Assembly: GCA_049840435.1 (NCBI GenBank) | Contig: JASGKY010000038.1 | Span: forward strand, 25,333 to 89,332 | Direction of reading: 5' to 3' | Source: Verrucomicrobiota bacterium | Lineage (GTDB): Bacteria > Verrucomicrobiota > Verrucomicrobiia > Limisphaerales > JADLHS01 | Length of the DNA: 64,000 nucleotides | In this document: one piece after another, positions 11,501-19,332 of the stretch | Numbering within the stretch: the first letter of the stretch is position 1 | How the letters are laid out: every line of letters begins with the position of its first letter | Position numbers and translations under genes: made by a program | The notes under the pieces: model-generated | Database searches by the model: none | What the model was told of the DNA's origin: nothing | The model's input: only the letters and a program-made list of their open reading frames with translations

Positions 11501-14500
11501 ATAGGCGTCCGCCTCCAATCGCGTCACTGTAGTCAGATTGGTCAACGTGCCAAGATTCGTGGCGGTGGCCACTATGGACAACGTCGCCGCCGTGTTGCCG
11601 CCCATATTTAGTAGATTGCAAACCACCGTTTTCCCAAAGACCTGGACCGAACCTTGTGAGACTGTCGCGGAGACAAACGACACTCCGGGTGAAAGTGCAT
11701 TCGTCACCACTACCCCGGTCGCCGCCAGCGGGCCGATGTTGGTCACGCTGATCGCATACGTCACATTACCGCCAAGGCTGACCGGGTCGGGAGATTCTTG
11801 CACTCCCACCGCAAGATCATTTCGCAATTCCACCGCAAATGGATTGCTTACTCCGACATGTCCGCTGCCATCATCGGCGCGGAGCACCAGATTTGTTGTC
11901 GGCGCCGCAACCGTCACCGCTCCAACCCAAGCCCCGTTGCTGAACGGCCCAGAACTGACGGGTTGAATCGGAACTGCAAGAGCAGCATTTACGGTGTAGC
12001 GCAGATCACACAGAAAAATACTCGTATCACTGTTGTAAAAAGTATCCGGAAACGTATCCCCATTGGCGTAATAATACCCATTTACGATGGAGCCATATGG
12101 AAAGGTGGTGGGCCGGCTCGTACTGTAATAGTATGTGCCGCCATTCACGTAGAACGAAACCCGGTACGTGTTCCCCGCCAGCAGCACCAAAGGTGTGACA
12201 AGTGGCGTTTCAGTCCAGATGCCTTGCGTACCACTGACGTTTTGACTCGCCAACAAGGTGCCGGCATTGCTCCAAATCGAGACTTTCACCCCCGCAACCG
12301 AGCGAACATGTGTAACCGTCAGATTGGTCGCCGGCGTGAACGCGTAGCCCAGCGTGTAGTTGCCCGTGCCCGAATAATCAGGCGTCTGCGTGGTCAAGAG
12401 TGTATTTGTCGCCGTTCCACCACTGCTCGAACTCGTAAAATTGACCGACCCGATGAAGTTGCTGACCGTCGTCTCAAAGGCATCCTTGGCGGTGAGCTTC
12501 ATCGCAATCGGTTCATTGACATATTGCGGCGAGCTCACGGCGTCCCAAGTGAAATGATCCACTCCACGCGTGGTAAACTGCCACACCGGTCCTGGTGTGA
12601 CGCCAGCCTTACGGGCGACAATCCGCCAATAGTAAGTGGTTTGCGGCATCAGCAACGGCAAGGCCCAGGTCGTACTCGTAGTGCTCCCAATCAACTCCGC
12701 CGCGCCTGGTGTAGGCGTGGTACCGAAATAAACATCGTTTGTGATGGTCTCGCCAAGGACGGCGCCGGATTGCCACGCGAGATCGACGGTCTGAATCACA
12801 TTGGTCGCCAAATGCGGTGGAGCGGGGCTAAACGGCTCGAGTGGCGATTCATCATCCGTAATCATCAGGTTGGTCGAGCCAGTAGAAAAACCAGCCGCAC
12901 TAGCAACCACTGTCACGATCTGAGCACTGTCAATGTCAGTATCATCAACGATGGTCAAATTGAAGAGGGCATTGGTCTGTCCGGCGAGAATTGTGACCAC
13001 TGACGGCACAACCAATTCCGTCGCGTCCAAGGACGAAAGCGAAACTGGAAGATTGGTTGTCAATGTGCCAGCAATCCGCACCTGCCCGGCCCCGGCTAAG
13101 ACACCATTGCCTTCGCGGGCTGAGGCTGGCAACAAGACCACTAGATTGGTTGGTTCGTTATCCTGCACGATCACATTGGTAAAGCCTGTAGTCCAATTGG
13201 TGACGGAAGCGGTGATGGTCACCGGTTGCGGACCATCTATCTGTTTGTCATCAACCACGGTCACAGTGAATCCAGCTGAAGTTTGTCCAGCGGCAATAGT
13301 GGCGTAAGGCGAGACCAGCAGTTCGGTCGGATCACTCGCGCTGAGGCTGACTTGGATGTTCGCCGTCGGCGTCGGGCTTACACTCACGCTTCCAACCAAC
13401 ATCGTGCCGCTACCTTCCGTCAAACTCGCGGGTGCAGACACCGAAAGTGTCGCGGTTTCGTTATCCAACACAGTGATGGCAGCATCCGCGCTGGCATAGC
13501 CGCTGGCGGTGGCATGCAACGAGACCGCCTGCCCCCCATCAAGTTCCATATCATTTACAATGGTCAGGTTAAACGCAGCGTTCGTCTGTCCGGCGAGAAC
13601 GGTTACCGTTGCAGGCGTGGTCATTTCAGTTGGATCACTCGAAGTCAGGAGGACTGTCAAGTTGGTGGTTGGTGCCGGAAGCGCCGTTACCAGCCCGCCG
13701 ACTGTTCCATCCCCCTCCGTGGCCAAAGACGGAATGGTAAGTCGCAAAATTGTGGCCGGAGTGGCATCAATGGAAACACTGTCAATCGCCCAGTGGTCGT
13801 AGCCGGAGCCGCTGTGACTTTTTTGCCGCCACTGAAACATGGTTGCCGGGCCACGCGCGTTCACCGGAATAGCCGATGTCACCGCCGTCCAGTTGTAATA
13901 AGCTGTGGTGTCATAGCTGCCAAGAATCACCCACGAGACGCCGGCATTCGTAGAGGCCTCAAGCACGACACCTTCGTCGGGCAAGGCGTCCGCCATTTCC
14001 CAAGGCGAAGAACTGCCATTGGCCAGCCGGATCGAAAATCCGAGCCCGCCGCCACCAGTAGTATCAATGGGAATCGTCCGGGCAAACCGATTGCCGGAAT
14101 CGCCGAACCAGAGCGAATTGGGAGCCGATACCGCCCCCCCGTTATTATTCGCGATCACCGTGCTGCCAACCGTGCCACCAAAGGCCGACCACTGCGAGGC
14201 ATCCAAGCTTGGATCGAAATCATCGGACATGGTCCGCCCCACTACATTCAAGGAAACCGTGCGGGCTTGCACAAAGCTGGTGTTCTGATTGGAAAACCAG
14301 AGTGTGACGGTGTGGGTGCCGAGCGGCAGGCTGTTGGCAGCCGCACCAATCGTCGCTAGCACAGTGTTAGCAGGCCCACCCGGCATCAACACGCCACTGG
14401 TCGGCGTCACGCTCAGCCAAGCTGACGTATAGCTCAAAGACCAGCTCAAGCTAGCATTGCCCGTATTCGTGAGCCCAAATGAAACCGGGTTCGGACTGAA

Positions 14501-16714
14501 CGGACCGCCCACGGGCCCGGCTGCCATCGCCGCCAAGGTGGGGAGAATAGACAGATCATCCGGCACATCGAACGCCTCCACCAATCCAACCGTCGTGGAA
14601 CTGGCCGGCGACGTGGCGCTGAACCCCATCCCGCGCTTTGCAAAAGCCGACCAGAGTTCGGGCAAATTTGCCCCGCCATGATTCACCACATCAGCTTGGA
14701 GAATGGCGTCGCGAGCTTGCAGAAAATTTGGATTGGCCGGCGAGAGATTCATACCGTCGGTAACCAACTGAAGAATCATCTGGTTGCCGACCGCGTGACC
14801 GTATTTCGTGATCAAATTGGCGCGCGCCTCCCACAACGTCGCACACCAGACTTCGCCCTGATTGTGCACTTCATCCGCCGTGCTGCCGATAATCGGGCTG
14901 CGCGGCACACCCGCATGAGCGCTGGCCTGAACCGGATCAATGTCCCGGAACGTCAGGGGATTCTTGGTCAAATCCGTGCAATAGGGATAGCGGCGGATGC
15001 CGTAGTAATAATTCTGCGTCAACCCGCCGAATTGATAGGTCGCATAAGCGCCAGCAGCATAAACGCCATGCACGTCATCTCCGGCTTCACTTAGCAACGT
15101 CAGCCCGTACCAGTCCGACCAGCCCTCGCCCATGCCCCGAGATTGCAACGCGCTTAATCCCACGCCCCCACCGACCCGGCGATTGCTCAGCCCATGCGTG
15201 TATTCATGCAGCACGATCTCATGATCGAAATCGCCATCCCGATCCGGTGTCGACCCGGTAAACACATACATCTGCATCCGGGGCGCACTACCGTCTGAAG
15301 GCGTGGACATGTTGGCGTTGTCCGTCCCGCTGCCATCTTGAGCGTCTGCCTGCAACGCATCGTTACCCAGTCCACCCCGGCCGAAATTGTCATTCTGAAA
15401 ATTCCCCGCCGCCTCCGTGAATCCCAAGGCATACAATTTATCATGCATCCAGTTGCACCAGTAGAACAGATCCGTCACCGCCGCGTTGGGATAGGTGCTC
15501 GGCGCCTGGGTTAGGTTGGCGGTGAAATCAAAGGTGCGAAAAGGCGATCCCTGCGGCCGCGGCAGGTCGGGAGAATTATTGGCATCTTGATCCGTATGGG
15601 CGTCCACGTTGTTGCCCCGGGTCTCGTTGCCCCCATCATCAATCCACCCGCTGGGCGACGCATTTGTGTCCACCGCACTCAACGTGAGCAACACGGACGC
15701 CAGTTCCGGTGGTTGCGTGGTGCAAGGCGTGGAACAACTCGGTGAAAACGGCGCGGGACTGTCGCTGAGATAAACCCGATAGCTGGCGTCGCTGATGTAC
15801 TCCGTTAACCGATGGCGGATGAGCACCTCGCCATCGTCCACATCCACAAGCAGCCGGTACATTTCGCCCCGCGCCCGGCTGGTCAGTTGCACATCCCAGC
15901 ATAACCGCAGCGTGTCCTCCGTAAGCGGCAACCATATTAAACGGGTTTCCGCCGGCTCGGCCAACGGCGGCGCGGTAAAACGCTGTTTCTGCTCAGCCGT
16001 GAACGTCGTCTCGTCGATTGGTTTTACGTTCTCATCCTGCAATGTTTCGCCAAGATTCCGGACCGCCAGCCCAATGGCTTGAGCCGCGGTGACCGTCGGG
16101 ATTTGCCGCGTAGCCACCAAGCTCCGTGCTTTGTCCCCAGCATGCAGGGCCGGAGTCGGAACAAACTGAGAGGCCACGCTGACCAGCTCTCCGCGTTTTG
16201 TCGTATGGGAAGTGAAGACGGCTTCATAAATTGAAATGCCTTCTAGTTCCTGCTCCCACACCACCGTGGTCAACCCATTGTGCGGCGTCACAAACTCCCG
16301 CTTCACACGGGCCTGTTCCAGCGCTTCGGGACCAAAACCAAACAACGTGGCGTGTTCCCGCACGAACGCCTTGGTCGGCAGGTGCGCCACATTAGTCGCA
16401 AAGGTCGCCACAGTTTGCGCGGCCACGCTCCGCCCTTGTCCGTCTGGACCGGTAAGAAATCCGCGGGCGTCTCGAATCCATTTCGCATGTGGCCGCTCGT
16501 TTGCAACAACCCGAACCTCCGGCGTCTGCGTCTTCAGGGTCGCCAATGCCGCGACAGCTTCGCCTTTGACTTCGGTTGTGCCCCCCGTTGACCGGCGATC
16601 CAAGTTAGGCAGCTCTTCATGTGTGGGCGGCAAGATGGCTGGAGTCTGTCTGGCGATCAGACAAAGTAGCCCCATGAGAGTAAATCTGATGGCAGTTCCG
16701 AAAATGGTTTTCAT
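5546..16714 (-). CDS. Giant secreted multidomain protein: N-terminal M36 (fungalysin-type) zinc metalloprotease followed by >3000 aa of Calx-beta, DUF11/CARDB-like, FN3-like and I-set Ig adhesin modules
   Basis: 3722-aa uninterrupted ORF with signal peptide MKTIFGTAIRFTLMGLLCLIA and an FTP/PepSY-like propeptide region. The catalytic core has HEYTHGLSNR (aa 503-512) and GEGWSDWY. Downstream are three tandem Calx-beta-like repeats (aa ~987-1289), FN3-like units ending TTYYWR(I/V)VA, two DUF11-like + Calx-beta modules (VTVNFATANGSA... and VTVNFATVNGTA...) and two I-set Ig domains (NPPVIASQP...YQWRKGG and NPPVIVTQP...YQWQKGN). Confidence 0.9.
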   Translation of the reverse strand: MKTIFGTAIRFTLMGLLCLIARQTPAILPPTHEELPNLDRRSTGGTTEVKGEAVAALATLKTQTPEVRVVANERPHAKWIRDARGFLTGPDGQGRSVAAQTVATFATNVAHLPTKAFVREHATLFGFGPEALEQARVKREFVTPHNGLTTVVWEQELEGISIYEAVFTSHTTKRGELVSVASQFVPTPALHAGDKARSLVATRQIPTVTAAQAIGLAVRNLGETLQDENVKPIDETTFTAEQKQRFTAPPLAEPAETRLIWLPLTEDTLRLCWDVQLTSRARGEMYRLLVDVDDGEVLIRHRLTEYISDASYRVYLSDSPAPFSPSCSTPCTTQPPELASVLLTLSAVDTNASPSGWIDDGGNETRGNNVDAHTDQDANNSPDLPRPQGSPFRTFDFTANLTQAPSTYPNAAVTDLFYWCNWMHDKLYALGFTEAAGNFQNDNFGRGGLGNDALQADAQDGSGTDNANMSTPSDGSAPRMQMYVFTGSTPDRDGDFDHEIVLHEYTHGLSNRRVGGGVGLSALQSRGMGEGWSDWYGLTLLSEAGDDVHGVYAAGAYATYQFGGLTQNYYYGIRRYPYCTDLTKNPLTFRDIDPVQASAHAGVPRSPIIGSTADEVHNQGEVWCATLWEARANLITKYGHAVGNQMILQLVTDGMNLSPANPNFLQARDAILQADVVNHGGANLPELWSAFAKRGMGFSATSPASSTTVGLVEAFDVPDDLSILPTLAAMAAGPVGGPFSPNPVSFGLTNTGNASLSWSLSYTSAWLSVTPTSGVLMPGGPANTVLATIGAAANSLPLGTHTVTLWFSNQNTSFVQARTVSLNVVGRTMSDDFDPSLDASQWSAFGGTVGSTVIANNNGGAVSAPNSLWFGDSGNRFARTIPIDTTGGGGLGFSIRLANGSSSPWEMADALPDEGVVLEASTNAGVSWVILGSYDTTAYYNWTAVTSAIPVNARGPATMFQWRQKSHSGSGYDHWAIDSVSIDATPATILRLTIPSLATEGDGTVGGLVTALPAPTTNLTVLLTSSDPTEMTTPATVTVLAGQTNAAFNLTIVNDMELDGGQAVSLHATASGYASADAAITVLDNETATLSVSAPASLTEGSGTMLVGSVSVSPTPTANIQVSLSASDPTELLVSPYATIAAGQTSAGFTVTVVDDKQIDGPQPVTITASVTNWTTGFTNVIVQDNEPTNLVVLLPASAREGNGVLAGAGQVRIAGTLTTNLPVSLSSLDATELVVPSVVTILAGQTNALFNLTIVDDTDIDSAQIVTVVASAAGFSTGSTNLMITDDESPLEPFSPAPPHLATNVIQTVDLAWQSGAVLGETITNDVYFGTTPTPGAAELIGSTTSTTWALPLLMPQTTYYWRIVARKAGVTPGPVWQFTTRGVDHFTWDAVSSPQYVNEPIAMKLTAKDAFETTVSNFIGSVNFTSSSSGGTATNTLLTTQTPDYSGTGNYTLGYAFTPATNLTVTHVRSVAGVKVSIWSNAGTLLASQNVSGTQGIWTETPLVTPLVLLAGNTYRVSFYVNGGTYYYSTSRPTTFPYGSIVNGYYYANGDTFPDTFYNSDTSIFLCDLRYTVNAALAVPIQPVSSGPFSNGAWVGAVTVAAPTTNLVLRADDGSGHVGVSNPFAVELRNDLAVGVQESPDPVSLGGNVTYAISVTNIGPLAATGVVVTNALSPGVSFVSATVSQGSVQVFGKTVVCNLLNMGGNTAATLSIVATATNLGTLTNLTTVTRLEADAYSLNNSNRTLTSVQVPVIRINDVTLFEGNAGTANAVFTVSVTPAPAAAVTVNFATANGSAISPTDFIATNGVLSFAIGETNQSFVVRTVGDAAYELEESFTVNLSGAVNATLADSQGIGTIRNDDAMPTISIGDVILVEGNSGTTNAAFAVTLSAASGLATTVNYYTENGNAISGSDYTGLSGSLTIPAGVVSSNIVISVSGDLQIEGDEVFYLDLSGAGNATLLKREGFGFIMNDDGLPGDVDRFVWSPIASPQYVNHPFEVTLTALDAFNNPAVNFNGPAFLSAATGEGGTNILGTDTVTYSFPFYTGYATERTQVIYPAGELGGAGRIVALALDVASLPGIELNSWTIRIKHTTLTNYSSYLWESTDWTTVQQTNLNLTTTGWAVFYLATPFDYDGTNSLMLDFSFNNSITYGSGAVRCSARSAARTLYYYTSSFGNPLTWTGSSPSPYATSYTPNLQLIRAPGQIIPLSSVLTGVFTNGVWSGSLTALEVATNVLLRASDANGHVGSSGAFAVGWYDDVGLAVTDSSDPVAVGANLTYMIAVTNSGPSAAAGIVVSNTLPFGATLLSATASQGSVSTNGQLVVGNLGSIAAGAQASMNIIVTPVAIGVLTNIATVSRSGPDNYAGNNVATNTTLVVMPVLSINDTSVTEYAGGDTNLEFTVSLSVASAQVVTVNFATVNGTASAGADYASTNGTLNFAPGQTNQSVFVRVLDDGLAEPNETFSLVLSAPVNAELGKSNGVGIIFDNEGPPEFKITALLTNNSKVVDHDVLTGDDRGGIAISTSQAFVTGDSGTARFAAAGLTGGVSVGLVRDSLCTDLRTETVYLLGNGSTPLTSAGGTVTTLIELNPSTGTPSGVVVTLSQSFTLSSGSSGTGIFSGYGRIVIHNGTTVYDIYLPTGTVTARGAMTRPAWYSSESWAIWGVTEYFEGTLYLTYRESGTQRIVRARVPDGAVTAVATFTSLSDMASFVVSPSRNRWYFHYEGSGQFGGSSETLGYADAQFSFISSNPPVIASQPVSQLVALDGTAMFGVTATGSTPLVYQWRKGGTNLVDGGRISGARTNQLTILNVTTNDMGLYSVAVSNLWGATVSSNATLTVDIPLPPAAPFDPVPTNFASRVSVHTQLAWNDSSNSVTTSASAPVWLVVGPTSSVIAAAATTVGATVLSGSNFTSAVFSGVDLLIFRSASSGYFSPDAATRTKVSDFVAAGGGLYVELGGGYPSLDYSWVPTPGVVSTAGNTPYSDSIGIADATHPIATGVTDASLDNWSYSSHGDFTSNGGLSVVFVNDSTTRPVLLAGSFGSGRVVYSNLDPSVGHGTGSYASELQVFSNACAFATTGIAGGVWFNVYFGTNAAALPLLASNLTQSTCSPGLLAFDTTYYWQVVATNLIGSVTGAVWQFTTALDEVHFASASSSLAESGGAATITVTRENSAHSLSVQYATANGTATAGVDYTAVAGTLQFPVGVLSTNFQVPIINDAVGEGGETVLLSLSLTVSNVLLTAPSNAVLTIVDDDAVTVSLFADPTYVDTGSSTSGEVTNLTAALFAKGCQVQSFTGITPATFSNALLSAKLLVIPELEIGDLAPALSVAAKGIISNFVSGGGNLIICGQSGSRDENFVNQVFGYGVSTAASSSSSLRSGAAVGTAFDGGPATLPENSGTYEWLRSSLPAGSLSIYQDSGALYTTVAMIPRGSGKIVFLAYDWFDAVPRGTQDGGWDEVLRRALLEVLSINASNPPVIVTQPQSLTVTVGGSATFNVLAGGGTPLRYQWQKGNAIITGATNSSYTLSAVQYSNAGNYSVVISNAYGFTNSAAAALTVLPYSSNVSFYAFDTGWYDASGRHDAANENYICGDASDSTDAPYRNWFAFNVPALPGPVVAAQLRIKTYSIVTATGSETFQLHHVSTAVPTLVAGGTGLVSIFNDLADGVVYGSRSFSTSEADQFITMNLNAAFITNLVQAAGQPFAIGGAITSLDTTPFNDEAILGGRSA
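12848..13756 (-). repeat. Three tandem ~100-aa Calx-beta-like domain repeats (protein-level repeat, diverged at DNA level)
   Basis: aa ~987-1289 of the giant ORF. R1 is LTIPSLATEGDGTV...AGQTNAAFNLTIVNDMELDG...ITVLDNE. R2 is SVSAPASLTEGSGT...AGQTSAGFTVTVVDDKQIDG...VIVQDNE. R3 is VVLLPASAREGNGV...AGQTNALFNLTIVDDTDIDS...LMITDDE. Confidence 0.6.
15194..15208 (-). other. Zinc-binding HExxH motif (HEYTH) of the M36 protease domain
   Basis: The reverse complement reads cat gaa tac acg cat (aa 503-507 of the giant ORF), within ...DFDHEIVLHEYTHGLSNRRVGG... Confidence 0.85.
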
Positions 16715-17074
16715 GATGAATTTCTGATCGGCCGCTTGCGCAGGATTATCAGCGGGCCCTAACTCACATACTGAATCCCGTAGAAGTTGCCCCGTGTTCG
16801 GTTTGAACTGTTAAAACAGGCTCCACCAGGCTTGTCAAACTCAATCCAGCCTAGCCGGTTAACACAAGGTTTGCACCAGAAGCAAAACCGCATCTGCCCA
16901 AGCCCTTTCTTTAAAGATTGGATCGAGTGATAAGTCACATTGCCGTTACTTTTATGCCCCGGACAGTTCCAACGGATCGCAATCTTTGCATTTGTCCCGG
17001 AAGAAACATTGACGTCGGCGAGCAATCGAGTTTACTCCCCGGCAGTTCGTTGGCTTCAGACTTTAAAACTGATC

Positions 17075-17824
17075 ATGAAACTCGTCCGTTGGACTACTTT
17101 GCGACTATTTGCGTTGGGTAACGCCCTGACACTCACCTCGGCTGTGGCTCAATCCTTCACCGCCACGTATGATTTCGCCCAAGTGAACACCAGTTCCGGA
17201 ACGACCGATCCCACGCCGCCACCAAGTGTCGTCGGCGTCACATTTGGTTCATTTAGTTCCACCGGCATGTCAGCCAACCCTAATGCCACCGTGCGTTTCT
17301 CCTTCACGTCACAACCACTTGGAGGCGTCAATGCCAGTGATGATTTCACGCAATTCACCGGCAGCCTCACGCCAACTGCCTACTTCGAGGTCGCAGTCAC
17401 GCCATTAAGCTTGGTGCAACTGCAACTCGATTCCATTGCGTTCACCGTCCAACGCTCCGGGACGGGCATCCGCAGCTATGCGGTGCGTTCCAGTCTGGAT
17501 GGCTATGCCGCCAATCTCGCCGCCAGTATCAGCACCGCCAACGCCAACCTCGGTGTCGGACCGGGCAATGAATTTCGCGTGCTGCTAGATTCCGTGACCA
17601 CGGCGCAGAATGGCAGCTTGGTAACCTTGGGGACGCCGTTCATCGGCCTTACTGCCCCGGTGACGTTCCGGTTTTACGGTTGGAATGCCGAAGGCACGGG
17701 CGGCACGTTCAGCGTGGATAATGTTGTCTTCAGCGGACGCACGGATAGCGTTCCCGAACCCAGTGCGACAGTTTTGCTGCTTGGAAGTCTGGCAGCTTTT
17801 GGCTTTTCTCAGCGGCGCCGTTAG
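17075..17824 (+). CDS. PEP-CTERM sorting-domain secreted protein
   Basis: Likely start is MKLVRWTTLRLFALGNALTLTSAVA (ATG 17075, signal peptide). The C-terminus VPEPSATVLLLGSLAAFGFSQRRR* is a PEP motif, a hydrophobic helix and an Arg cluster, i.e. an exosortase sorting signal. Confidence 0.85.
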   Translation: MKLVRWTTLRLFALGNALTLTSAVAQSFTATYDFAQVNTSSGTTDPTPPPSVVGVTFGSFSSTGMSANPNATVRFSFTSQPLGGVNASDDFTQFTGSLTPTAYFEVAVTPLSLVQLQLDSIAFTVQRSGTGIRSYAVRSSLDGYAANLAASISTANANLGVGPGNEFRVLLDSVTTAQNGSLVTLGTPFIGLTAPVTFRFYGWNAEGTGGTFSVDNVVFSGRTDSVPEPSATVLLLGSLAAFGFSQRRR

Positions 17825-17841
17825 AAACCCTGCGCTCCGGA

Positions 17842-19332
17842 TCAGTGCCCTGCGCTGGACAAATTTTGCACCGCACCGACCAATATATTGGGGAAGCACC
17901 CCAGCACGATCACAACGATGGCTAGCACCAAAAGCACTACTTGTGGCAGCAAGGAAGCCTCGGCGATCTTGGCCTTGTTCGGTTTATCCGCCACAACCAC
18001 ATAAATCTGCTTCAGCACCTTGAGGTAGTAGTAGAAGGATACCGCACTCATCGCCACCGCCAGAATCACCAACCAAAGCAGCCCGAGATTCGGCGCTCCA
18101 GTCTTCAACGCCGCCGCAAACAGATAGAACTTTCCGAAGAATCCCGCCAGCGGCGGAATGCCTGCCAGCGACAACAGGAATATCATCATCGCAAATGCCG
18201 CCAGCGGGGCTCGCTTGCTGAAACCGATAAAGCTCGACAGCTTGTCATCTCCGGCGCCGTCCTCGACCAACGCCACCACGCCAAACGCTCCAATCGTCGC
18301 CAGCCCATAGGTCGTCGCGTAATAAACCACGGAAGCGATCGCCTGCTCATCATGCGCCAACACACCGAGCAACATATAACCGGCGTGCGCAATCGCTGAG
18401 TAAGCCAGCAGCCGTTTCACACTGCTTTGTGCGAGCGCGACCAGATTCCCCAGCACCATCGAGAGTGCAGCCAGCAACGCAATGACCGGCGTCCAGCCCC
18501 GCGCAAAATCCCGGAACGCCCCACTGCCTTCCACCCCCGCAAAACCGATCATCATGATCTTGGCGAAGATGAAAAAGCTCGCGAGCTTCGAGCCGGAAGC
18601 GATGAACGCGGCGCTTTGTGACGGTGCGCCTTCATAGGCATCCGGCGCCCACAGATGAAACGGCACCGCCGCCACCTTGAAGCCAAAGCCGATCACCGTC
18701 ATCACAATGGCCACTACCAGCAACGGATCAAGCCCCTTGCCCGCCAGCGCGGCCGCAATCGCGTGCAGATTGGTTGAACCGGACAACCCGTAAATCAAAC
18801 TCAGTCCAAACAACATGAACGCCGCCGCCATGCCGCCGAACAGAAAGTATTTCAGCGCCGCTTCCGCCGATTTGATGTTCCGCTTGTTGAACGCCGTCAG
18901 GATGTAGAGCGACAGGCTCGTCAATTCGAGCGCGATAAAAATCATCAGCACGTCTTCCGCACTCACCAGAAACATCATCCCTACCGTCGCCAGTAAAATC
19001 AGCGCCAGATATTCGCCGGCGTGCGGCGTGAACTTTGCCTCCAACGATACCAGCACCGTGCCGATCGTCAGCCCGAGCAGGCATATCTTCACGATTTGAG
19101 TCAGTGGGCTCACCACCAGCATCCCGTGCAATGCGTCCGCATGCTGCGGATTGATCAGCATCCAGACCATCGCAGCCGTAGATCCTGCAATCGCAACCAG
19201 GCCGCCGACCAGCAGCCGCATCCGCGTTTCCAGCCCGCGCATCGAAGTCAGATCAATCGCCAACACCGCCAGCGCCGTGAGCACGACGATAGTTTCCGGC
19301 ACTGCCAGCTTGAGCAACTCAGCGTAGCTCAT
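17842..19332 (-). CDS. nuoN: NADH-quinone oxidoreductase subunit N
   Basis: Polytopic antiporter-like membrane protein and the last gene of the nuo run. The likely start MSYAELLKLAVPE (ATG 19330-19332) overlaps the upstream stop as ATGA. Motifs include ALELTSLSLYILTAF. Confidence 0.85.
   Translation of the reverse strand: MSYAELLKLAVPETIVVLTALAVLAIDLTSMRGLETRMRLLVGGLVAIAGSTAAMVWMLINPQHADALHGMLVVSPLTQIVKICLLGLTIGTVLVSLEAKFTPHAGEYLALILLATVGMMFLVSAEDVLMIFIALELTSLSLYILTAFNKRNIKSAEAALKYFLFGGMAAAFMLFGLSLIYGLSGSTNLHAIAAALAGKGLDPLLVVAIVMTVIGFGFKVAAVPFHLWAPDAYEGAPSQSAAFIASGSKLASFFIFAKIMMIGFAGVEGSGAFRDFARGWTPVIALLAALSMVLGNLVALAQSSVKRLLAYSAIAHAGYMLLGVLAHDEQAIASVVYYATTYGLATIGAFGVVALVEDGAGDDKLSSFIGFSKRAPLAAFAMMIFLLSLAGIPPLAGFFGKFYLFAAALKTGAPNLGLLWLVILAVAMSAVSFYYYLKVLKQIYVVVADKPNKAKIAEASLLPQVVLLVLAIVVIVLGCFPNILVGAVQNLSSAGH

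Noticed and set aside
10376-14359. Several 350-400-aa plus-strand ORFs (10376-11488, 11798-13003, 13283-14359) inside the giant gene
   Set aside because: They are antisense shadows of the 3722-aa ORF with Arg/Gly/His-rich nonsense composition, whereas the minus-strand frame has clear domain structure.
16759-17025. 88-aa minus-strand ORF in the divergent promoter region between the giant gene and the PEP-CTERM gene
   Set aside because: It has no RBS context or motif, its codon composition is atypical for the window, and it overlaps the likely promoters.
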